Shown: piece after piece, positions 36,156-43,765 of the stretch | Layout: each line of letters opens with the position of its first letter | How positions within the stretch are numbered: position 1 is the stretch's first letter | Assembly (NCBI GenBank): GCA_964638205.1 | Contig: CAZWYK010000001.1 | Coordinates: forward strand, 1 to 46,085 | DNA from: an uncultured Candidatus Cloacimonadota bacterium | GTDB lineage: Bacteria; Cloacimonadota; Cloacimonadia; Cloacimonadales; TCS61 | Length of the DNA stretch: 46,085 nucleotides | Direction of reading: 5' to 3' | The notes under the pieces: model-generated | What the model was told of the DNA's origin: nothing | The model's input: only the letters and a program-made list of their open reading frames with translations | Database searches by the model: none | Position numbers and translations under genes: made by a program

Positions 36156-38225
36156 TTGAAGAAACATTTTTTGCATTTTACGGATAATTTATTACACAGT
36201 TATTCGACCTTACTTTTTATGAAAAGTCGCAAAGTAGGAGCCCTGCTCCTACTTTGCACTTTATTCAACATAAATATAGCTGTTTTGGGGGTTATTGCTT
36301 GGTCAACAACTTTTGCTTTTGCTCGCTTTATTGGCATCAAAAAAGAAGATGTTGTTCATACTGTTTACACCTACAATTCACTATTAGTTGGTTTTGCTAT
36401 TGGCTATCTATTCAAGATAACAGCGCTTTCTATTTTTCTAACAGTTGGTGCGTCAATTTTGACGGTGTTGCTTAGTTATACCTTATTTACGCTATTCAGT
36501 TATTATTTGCGACTTCCTGTTTTGAATATTCCGTTTACGATAGTTAGTTCTATTATTTATCTTGCTGCGGTAAAGTACAGTGCTCTTTTTGTAGGTGCTT
36601 CTTACTCAAAAGATGTGTTAAATATCACTAATTTACCACCCATTTTACACGGATTTTTCAGTAGTGTGGGCGTGTTACTTTTCTCACCATATGACATTAT
36701 TGGAATTGTCGTAATTATTGCAATTTTACTTTACTCTCGTATCACTTTTTTGCTTTCCATATTCTCCTATTTTATTGGAATCTCTATTCTTGCACTTTTG
36801 AAAGGTAGCTATAATCAAGCAATTTTAGATATTTCCTCTTTTAATTTTATTTTGATTGGAATTGCACTCGGTGGAATTTTTCTGATTCCATCAAAAAGAA
36901 GCTACACACTGGCTCTAATTGGTGTAATAATTTCAGTTTTTATTCTTGATGCGGTTTCGGTATTTTGGTCAACTTTTGGTATTCCGATTTTCACTTTACC
37001 TTTCAATTTAGTAGTGTTACTTTTTGTTTATGTCTTGCGTAATGTTGGTTATCCAAAAATAAATAATTACATCAAAGAATCACCCGAAGAGTCACTTTCT
37101 AGTTATTTAAATTTTTCGCGTAGATTCGATTATCTCACGCCACAGCCGTTTCTTCCTTTTTCTGGTGAATGGACAGTTTATCAAGAATTTGACGGTAAGT
37201 GGACGCATCAAGGTCACTGGAAATATGCTTATGATTTTGTCATTACCAATCATGACGGTAAAACTTTTTCAGAAAAAGGAAATAAATTAGCAGATTATTA
37301 TTGCTACGAAAAACCAATTTTATCACCCATAAATGGGACGATTATCGAAGCTTCTGACACACTACGCGATAACGCAATTGGCGTAGTTGACCGCAAAAAT
37401 AATTGGGGAAATTACATCATTATCTACTCCGAGTTTGGTTATTATGTGGAAATTTCACATCTTCAAACTAAATCGTTAAAAGTAAAAGTAGGTGATTATG
37501 TAAAACACGGTGCTGTTTTAGCAAATTGTGGAAATTCGGGTTATTCGCCACAACCACACCTTCATATTCAAATTCAATATTTAGCAAAGCTTGGCTCGGA
37601 AACTTATCCATTTTTCTTTAGCAATGTGAAACGAAATGATGAACTTATAAAAGGTAATTTGAAAAGAGAGATGAAAATTAAGCCTGTTTCATTCTCTCGT
37701 AAACACAATAAAATATTGCAATTTATTCTCGATGATTCTTTTATTTACGAAGTTCAAAAAAATGGTGAAGTTATTGATGAGGTGGAATTTACAATTCAAA
37801 TGCTTGCCGATGGTTCGTATTATTTCAATCAAATAAATACAGATGATAAATTGTTTTTTGGAATAGAAAACAATAAATTTGTTTTTTACAGCTATACCGG
37901 GAAACAAGACGGTTTCCTAAAATATTTATTTTATGGATTGCCAAAAATGCCAATTGCTAAAAGTAAAAAATTATTATGGAAAGAAGAATTACCAGATGAA
38001 CTTTTTTCATCTAAAAAAGGTTGGATTATGATGGTAATTAAATCATTTAAACACAACTTGGGCAGTGTTATGGGAAATTACCAAATGGAAAATGATTACA
38101 CAATTAGTGGAGAAATTCCAGCAATGAAGATAAAAACAAAAATAGTCTTGGATAAAAATAAAGGGTTTAGGAAAATTGTTGTGACAAAAGATAACATCGA
38201 ATGGAGATTAAGTTTAAAAAAATGA
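36156..38225 (+). CDS. Urea-transporter-like (UT) membrane domain fused to an M23 peptidase domain and a ~190-aa C-terminal domain of unknown type
   Basis: About 10 TMs with a UT-like VYTYNSLLVGFAIGYLF segment. M23 part: WTHQGHWKYAYDF, NWGNYIIIYSEFGYYVEISHL, NCGNSGYSPQPHLHIQ. TTG start 6 nt after AAGGAG. Confidence 0.75.
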   Translation: MKKHFLHFTDNLLHSYSTLLFMKSRKVGALLLLCTLFNINIAVLGVIAWSTTFAFARFIGIKKEDVVHTVYTYNSLLVGFAIGYLFKITALSIFLTVGASILTVLLSYTLFTLFSYYLRLPVLNIPFTIVSSIIYLAAVKYSALFVGASYSKDVLNITNLPPILHGFFSSVGVLLFSPYDIIGIVVIIAILLYSRITFLLSIFSYFIGISILALLKGSYNQAILDISSFNFILIGIALGGIFLIPSKRSYTLALIGVIISVFILDAVSVFWSTFGIPIFTLPFNLVVLLFVYVLRNVGYPKINNYIKESPEESLSSYLNFSRRFDYLTPQPFLPFSGEWTVYQEFDGKWTHQGHWKYAYDFVITNHDGKTFSEKGNKLADYYCYEKPILSPINGTIIEASDTLRDNAIGVVDRKNNWGNYIIIYSEFGYYVEISHLQTKSLKVKVGDYVKHGAVLANCGNSGYSPQPHLHIQIQYLAKLGSETYPFFFSNVKRNDELIKGNLKREMKIKPVSFSRKHNKILQFILDDSFIYEVQKNGEVIDEVEFTIQMLADGSYYFNQINTDDKLFFGIENNKFVFYSYTGKQDGFLKYLFYGLPKMPIAKSKKLLWKEELPDELFSSKKGWIMMVIKSFKHNLGSVMGNYQMENDYTISGEIPAMKIKTKIVLDKNKGFRKIVVTKDNIEWRLSLKK

Positions 38226-39337
38226 AAAATTCACTCATTATTGGTTTAATCTTATTTGTATCATTTATTAATGCAGAATTATCTTTTTCTACCGATTTGT
38301 TGTATTTTAAATACAACGAAAATGGGCATTTTAAAGACGGTGATTATGAAAATAGTTCAACAAAATATTCAAACAAAAAACATACTTTTATATTTTCTCT
38401 CACAAATCAGCGTACAAACACAAAACCACACACACAAACTATTTCACAAGATTATGATGTGACTATTCAAGAAATTTGGACAGATTCAGTTTATTATAGT
38501 AATCCTGATACAATTTATGTGAATGAATTTTGCGATACAACTTATAAATTTACTGAAATGATTTCAGACACACTAAATTATGCGGAAATGGCCGTTATTC
38601 AAAAGGAGATATTATTTGGCTGGCAATATCAATTTTCAAAAAATAAAACTGCTGAAATTGAAGCAAAATACATGTTTTTCAAAGAGAGTAACATTGAGTC
38701 TGCTTACTCTATAAGTGCTAATTATGGCTATAGTTTTGGGAAATTATCATCTCAATCAACTGTTTGTGCAACGCAAATAAACTCTTACTATTTTGAAAAT
38801 AATTGGATTTTTAATCCAAATAATAAGGTGGAAATTGAACAAACAACAACTTATAATGACACAATTTATCAATTTGAACCAGATAGTTTAATCACCACAA
38901 TTGTAAAAAATATAAGTTGCGAATATCCTGTTTATGAATCCCAAGAATTTGAAGATAATTTCCAAACGATTCAATTTTCGCAAGATTTCACTTACATCAA
39001 TAATCGATTGCTGATAAATGCCAATATCCATATTTCCAGAACACTTAATTCAGCGGTGTATGATAGCACTCATCGTTATTTTATAAATGGTAATATCGCT
39101 TGGTATTTTGATTATTTTGGTATTTATGGTGGTGGATCTACGGGAGATTCATTTATGCAAAATAATTCCAAAATCCTCAATGCTTCAGCTGATATTACGG
39201 ATTTGAATTTGAGTTTTGGCATGATTATTTATCCACTTTATCGAAATTGGAGTATTGCTTACGAAACGAAATTCATTGAACATCAAAACAATTATTCGAT
39301 AACTTCGCACTTATTGAATATCTATATAAAATTTTAA
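38222..39337 (+). CDS. Secreted beta-rich protein, probable outer-membrane beta-barrel
   Basis: Start set to the ATG at 38222 (ATGA overlap with the upstream stop). Signal peptide MKNSLIIGLILFVSFINA. Aromatic/Asn-rich strands. C-terminal ...LLNIYIKF. Confidence 0.45.
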   Translation: MKNSLIIGLILFVSFINAELSFSTDLLYFKYNENGHFKDGDYENSSTKYSNKKHTFIFSLTNQRTNTKPHTQTISQDYDVTIQEIWTDSVYYSNPDTIYVNEFCDTTYKFTEMISDTLNYAEMAVIQKEILFGWQYQFSKNKTAEIEAKYMFFKESNIESAYSISANYGYSFGKLSSQSTVCATQINSYYFENNWIFNPNNKVEIEQTTTYNDTIYQFEPDSLITTIVKNISCEYPVYESQEFEDNFQTIQFSQDFTYINNRLLINANIHISRTLNSAVYDSTHRYFINGNIAWYFDYFGIYGGGSTGDSFMQNNSKILNASADITDLNLSFGMIIYPLYRNWSIAYETKFIEHQNNYSITSHLLNIYIKF

Positions 39338-39352
39338 AATAAAGGAGAAAAA

Positions 39353-39979
39353 ATGAAGAAAATAATGATAATTGCGATGATTTTTATCACTCTTGGAGTT
39401 ATGGCAAAAGAGATGGAATATGCTGAAATTCGCGAAGCATATACAAAATCATACGAATATGAAGCTTTGGAAAAATATGGAGATGCAATAAAATCACTCA
39501 ACCAAGTTCAAAAAAAATATTCAGATGAATACACGATTAATTACCGTTTAGGTTGGTTGTACTATCTAAAAGGTAAATTTTCAAATGCGTTAGAATATTT
39601 GGAAAAAGCTCTTGTAGGTAATCCATACTCTGTTGAAGCTTTGAATACGAAAAATTTAGTGCATATTGCTCAAAAAGAGTGGCAAAAGTCAGAAGAGTTG
39701 TCTGCCAAAATTATTGAAATAGATTACTATAATGTGAGTGCAAATTATTGGTATTCATATTCTTTGAAGATGCAGAAAAAACATAATTTGGCGATTAAAA
39801 TTGACCGGAAAATGTTAACTATTTTTCCAACATCTATTCTGTTTTTACAAGAATTAGCCGAAAACTTAAATTTGAATGACGAATCAGAAGAAAGTTATTC
39901 AATTTTTAGCGGTTTATTAATTCTTGATCCGACAAATCAAAGTGCTATCGAATTTTTTGATAACTCAAAAAAAGATTAG
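39353..39979 (+). CDS. Secreted TPR-repeat protein
   Basis: Signal peptide, then TPR units such as YRLGWLYYLKGKFSNALEYLEKAL and YWYSYSLKMQKKHNLAIKIDRKML. SD AAGGAG. Confidence 0.65.
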   Translation: MKKIMIIAMIFITLGVMAKEMEYAEIREAYTKSYEYEALEKYGDAIKSLNQVQKKYSDEYTINYRLGWLYYLKGKFSNALEYLEKALVGNPYSVEALNTKNLVHIAQKEWQKSEELSAKIIEIDYYNVSANYWYSYSLKMQKKHNLAIKIDRKMLTIFPTSILFLQELAENLNLNDESEESYSIFSGLLILDPTNQSAIEFFDNSKKD

Positions 39980-41010
39980 TTATTCAGTATTTTCAGCATC
40001 CAAAAAGTAGATAGATTCTCGATAGTATCTTCACCGATTTTCATTCGAGAAGCATTGATGAAATATGAATTTCGTTTTTCTTGCAAGTATTCTTCTGGAA
40101 AAATATAGGTTCCTTTTTTTGTTTTGAATTTTTCCAAATGGGCAATACCATTTTTGTACCATTTACTTTTTCTTGTTGGCTCAAATGGGCTCATCAAACT
40201 TAATCGAAAAAGCAACTCATTTATTTGTGGTGATTTTTCATCTATTTCACTAAAACATGGCAACCAAACATTCCAACCAACCACAAAAAATCTTTTTGGA
40301 AATGATACCATCACGCCGTAACCATCTGGGAAATTTTGGTATTTTTTATTTAGAATATAATTAATAATCGTATCAATTTTTTCTTTGAATTCACCATAAT
40401 ACGCAGCAAACGCAAATAGATCATAAATCCACGGTAGGGCGAAGTCATCATTTTCATACAAAAGTGGATCAATTATTTTGTGGTTTTCAAATGCGGGTGG
40501 AAAATCTTTAAAAAGAACTTTGTCGATAAAGACATTATAATTTTTCTTTTTTGCAAAACTATAGAGTAAATCGAGACGATTCAAAACAAAATCTCGCACA
40601 TTTTTTTCATCTGTAAAGCCGGCTTTTGCTAAGAGTGAAGATACAATTGTTTGTAAAAAATAGTCATTATGTGGAAGTTCAGACTCTTCTTCCGCAATTT
40701 CTTGCAACCAGTTTATGTGTTTGGCTACATTTTTATCAAAATTACTTACACCTTTTTTGATGCCTAACTGAAGTAGTTTTCCCAAAGAATTTTCGAGACT
40801 TTTATCATATCCACCGTGAATATTATCATAGCGACGGCGAGTTTTTAAGCATTTCATCCAGTATTTTGCGTCTTTATGCTGCAGTAGTTCATAGCGTAAC
40901 ATACCAATATCATAATCCACTTCCTCGTTTGCCAATTCTGTGGCAATGCGATAACGAATTATTGGATTTGCATTTTCAAAAAGATAATCGATTGTCTGAT
41001 TTTTTTTCAA
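39976..41010 (-). CDS. Hypothetical cytoplasmic protein, helical, no family recognised
   Basis: 344-aa ORF with a TTG start after GGGGGA. Convergent with the TPR gene and overlapping its stop by 4 nt. Confidence 0.5.
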   Translation of the reverse strand: MKKNQTIDYLFENANPIIRYRIATELANEEVDYDIGMLRYELLQHKDAKYWMKCLKTRRRYDNIHGGYDKSLENSLGKLLQLGIKKGVSNFDKNVAKHINWLQEIAEEESELPHNDYFLQTIVSSLLAKAGFTDEKNVRDFVLNRLDLLYSFAKKKNYNVFIDKVLFKDFPPAFENHKIIDPLLYENDDFALPWIYDLFAFAAYYGEFKEKIDTIINYILNKKYQNFPDGYGVMVSFPKRFFVVGWNVWLPCFSEIDEKSPQINELLFRLSLMSPFEPTRKSKWYKNGIAHLEKFKTKKGTYIFPEEYLQEKRNSYFINASRMKIGEDTIENLSTFWMLKILNN

Positions 41011-41081
41011 AGTTCCCCCGAAATTTAATTATAAAACGATTTTAATAAGGTTCTCTTTAGTGTCAAATGAATTTTTGAATG

Positions 41082-41480
41082 TTACGACTTGTTCTCAATA
41101 TTTTTGATTATTTTTTCTTGCATAGCAACCATTTTTTTTAGCTGTTGTACATAATCTTCATAAATTTTTTTGATGTCTTTATAGAGTTCTTTGTTCTCAT
41201 TTTCAGTAGTTTTTGAAGATAGAGTTTTTCGGGGGATAATGTTTTTTTCTATTTTTTTTTCGACGCTCAAAAACATTTCGCCAGTGCCAGATAAAAACCA
41301 ATTCATGTTTATTTTGTGTATTTCACAAATTTTATGAAGAAAATCTGCGGTTGGCAGGCGTAACCCCTTTTCATAACGGCTGATAGCAGCTTGAGTAGTG
41401 GCGATTGAATCTGCGAAATCTTTCTGATTCAAGTCTAATTTTGCCCTTATTTTTTTTAACCTACTTGCTAACCGCTCCAT
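41082..41480 (-). CDS. XRE-family helix-turn-helix transcriptional regulator with coiled-coil C-terminus
   Basis: HTH LNQKDFADSIATTQAAISRYEKGLRLPTADFL. Start set to the ATG at 41478-41480 after GAGGAA. The track start at 41507 is a TTG. Confidence 0.8.
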   Translation of the reverse strand: MERLASRLKKIRAKLDLNQKDFADSIATTQAAISRYEKGLRLPTADFLHKICEIHKINMNWFLSGTGEMFLSVEKKIEKNIIPRKTLSSKTTENENKELYKDIKKIYEDYVQQLKKMVAMQEKIIKNIENKS

Positions 41481-41500
41481 CGATTCCTCACACTTAAAAT

Positions 41501-41580
41501 ATGTCAATCTGGAATATTTACCTTGACAAATATACCGAATGGAATTTCTATTGACTCGACATTTTTGTCAATAAAAATTT
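41501..41580. promoter_or_regulatory. Divergent control region with four TTGAC half-sites (putative XRE operators and promoters)
   Basis: GTCAA at 41503-41507, TTGAC at 41523-41527, TTGAC at 41551-41555 and GTCAA at 41567-41571. The last two form ATTGAC-N11-GTCAAT. TTGACT at 41551 plus a 16-nt spacer and AAAAAT is a possible promoter for the small gene. Confidence 0.35.
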
Positions 41581-41602
41581 ATTTTAATTAATGGAGGTTA
41601 AA

Positions 41603-41863
41603 ATGAAAAAAGTTACAATGATTGTTTTGTTAGTTGTGTTTATGGTTTCGGCTCTTTCGGTTTGGAGCATTGTGAAAAAAGGTGACGGTCAATTAATTAC
41701 AAAAGTTGAATGTAGAGCATCAGGTGATTTTCAACCAAAGCCATTAAATGATAATTTTGTTGCACCAATTTTACCAAAAAAATCTGAAACACTTTTGTGT
41801 GTAGCTGGAGATTTTAAGCCACGCCCAATCAAAAGAAAGAAAAACGATATTACTGGAAGTTAA
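41603..41863 (+). CDS. Small secreted or membrane-anchored protein with a duplicated Cys-x-Ala-(Ser)-Gly-Asp-Phe-x-Pro-x-Pro motif
   Basis: ATG at 41603 lies 5 nt after GGAGG. Hydrophobic N-terminus MKKVTMIVLLVVFMVSALSVWS. Repeats CRASGDFQPKPL and CVAGDFKPRPI. Confidence 0.5.
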   Translation: MKKVTMIVLLVVFMVSALSVWSIVKKGDGQLITKVECRASGDFQPKPLNDNFVAPILPKKSETLLCVAGDFKPRPIKRKKNDITGS

Positions 41864-41947
41864 TTTAATTAAAGTTTAAGATTTTTCTTGCCAAAAAAAT
41901 CTATCATCGAAATTAAGAGATGACTTTGAAATTTCGAAAAATGGGGA

Positions 41948-42607
41948 GTGGTTTTGGTTTCGGTGATAGGTTTTTTAGAGCTTTATAGTTCCTATGCCCT
42001 TAGAATATTATGTTTTATTGGGTGGTTGATAATTGCGAAAAGATACTCTAAGTCTGTGCTGGATAGGCAGGTGAGTATTTACTTTATGTTGTATGTTGGT
42101 ATTTATATCATCTGGAGCACCTTGATGATATTTACTGATTATTCATATGTAGTGTATCTCGTATTTTGGGTGTTAATTAGTGTATTCAAATTCTATTTTT
42201 TTGTAACCACCTTATCTGAAATTTTTAAATGGGAGAAGTTTCTTACTCTTTTGTCTACTTTTTTTCTATTAATACCAACAATCGTTGCATCAATACTATC
42301 ATATTTCCAAGAAAGTTACTATTCGCTTAATACAATGGATTTTTACAATAAAATATTTTTTTTGTTTGTATCAATAATAATATTGCATAAAATTCTTAAA
42401 AATGTGTTTTTCATTCATAATCTCAAATCATTTTTTATTTTTTCTGGGTTTGTGCTTTATTTCAGCTTACACATTGTCGGGCGAGTTTTATTAATGTATG
42501 GTCAAGATTGGCAATTCAACAAAACTGCAAATTTGATAAGTTTATTTTTTTGGTTAGGGAGTACCTTTTTTATATGGAATATCAACAAATCCAAACATTT
42601 GTTCTAA
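41948..42607 (+). CDS. Seven-TM membrane protein (possible sensor module)
   Basis: About seven hydrophobic helices. GTG start is uncertain. Overlaps the next gene by 34 nt. Confidence 0.5.
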   Translation: MVLVSVIGFLELYSSYALRILCFIGWLIIAKRYSKSVLDRQVSIYFMLYVGIYIIWSTLMIFTDYSYVVYLVFWVLISVFKFYFFVTTLSEIFKWEKFLTLLSTFFLLIPTIVASILSYFQESYYSLNTMDFYNKIFFLFVSIIILHKILKNVFFIHNLKSFFIFSGFVLYFSLHIVGRVLLMYGQDWQFNKTANLISLFFWLGSTFFIWNINKSKHLF

Positions 42608-43755
42608 TCTCATCAATCGTATTGGTATCGTTTGTTTTCATCACGGTTTATTTGATTGTGAAATTAAAATTGAATGACATTCTTTTGAAAAAATCGGAAG
42701 AAAAATTACGCAAATTTAACGATAGTTTGCAGACAATTGTGAATGAAAAAACGGTAGAGTTAAGAAAATCTGAAAAACGATTTAAATCGCTCTACGAGCT
42801 AAATGAAGAGATTTTGGATAATTCACCAGCAGGGATCATCAAATACGATAAAAACCACAAAGTCGAATTTGTTAATTTAGAGATTAAAAATATCTTTAAA
42901 TTTTCGGATTCAGAATTTTTAGAATTAATCAAATCTGATATTGAAAAAGTCCATAAATTCAAAGAAATTGGTTTACAACATTATTTCAAAATATTATCCG
43001 AAGGTAAAAGAATTGTTTACGAATCAAATTTTATTTTAGCAAACGAGGAAAAAAGATTTGTGGAAATAAAAGGCTCGTCGCTCTCAGAAGATGGCGATTT
43101 TGCCGGAGCAGTCATCCTAATAAATGACATTACCGAAAGTGTTTTGGCTGAACAAAAATTGCAACAAAGTTACGCAATGTTGCGAAAAGCAACTGGAGAT
43201 ATTATTCAAGCGATGGCTTCCACTTCTGAAATGCGCGATCCATACACAGCGGGACATCAACAGCGAGTGGCAAATTTGGCGATGGCAATTGCCAAAAAGA
43301 TGAATGTCTCAGATGATCAATTTGAAGGGATAAAATTTGCTGGGATTATTCATGACGTTGGAAAAGTCTCAGTTCCTACCGACATTCTTACTCGACCTGG
43401 AAAAATCACTGAGATGGAATTTGCCGTCATTAAAAATCACAGCCAGGCTGGTTATGATATTTTGAAAAAGATAGAGTTTCCGTGGCCAATTGCTGAAATT
43501 GTCTATCAACATCATGAACGATTAGATGGACTTGGTTATCCGCGTGGCTTGAAAGGTAATGATATTAGGCTTGAAGCAAAAATTTTATCTACCGCAGATG
43601 TAGTGGAAGCAATGACTTCACACCGACCTTATCGTGAGGCTTTGGGAATCGATGTTGCATTAGCTGAAATTGAAAAATTCAAGGGAGAGCGATACGACGT
43701 TGAGGTGGTAAATGTGTGTAAATCTATCTTTGAAAGTGGAGAATTCGTTTTTTAA
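42574..43755 (+). CDS. Membrane-anchored PAS + HD-GYP domain protein (putative c-di-GMP phosphodiesterase)
   Basis: TM helix, coiled coil, PAS-like ILDNSPAGIIKYDKNHKVEFVN, HD motif GIIHDVGK and HHERLDGLGYPRGL. Start chosen at MEYQQIQ (AGGGAG upstream). Confidence 0.85.
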   Translation: MEYQQIQTFVLISSIVLVSFVFITVYLIVKLKLNDILLKKSEEKLRKFNDSLQTIVNEKTVELRKSEKRFKSLYELNEEILDNSPAGIIKYDKNHKVEFVNLEIKNIFKFSDSEFLELIKSDIEKVHKFKEIGLQHYFKILSEGKRIVYESNFILANEEKRFVEIKGSSLSEDGDFAGAVILINDITESVLAEQKLQQSYAMLRKATGDIIQAMASTSEMRDPYTAGHQQRVANLAMAIAKKMNVSDDQFEGIKFAGIIHDVGKVSVPTDILTRPGKITEMEFAVIKNHSQAGYDILKKIEFPWPIAEIVYQHHERLDGLGYPRGLKGNDIRLEAKILSTADVVEAMTSHRPYREALGIDVALAEIEKFKGERYDVEVVNVCKSIFESGEFVF

Positions 43756-43765
43756 TGGCTAAATT

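Noticed and set aside
39976-41507. The hypothetical 344-aa protein plus XRE regulator as a toxin-antitoxin or phage-defence pair
   Set aside because: The two genes are separated by 71 bp and neither shows nuclease, kinase or NTPase motifs. There are no mobile-element hallmarks nearby, so the evidence is insufficient.
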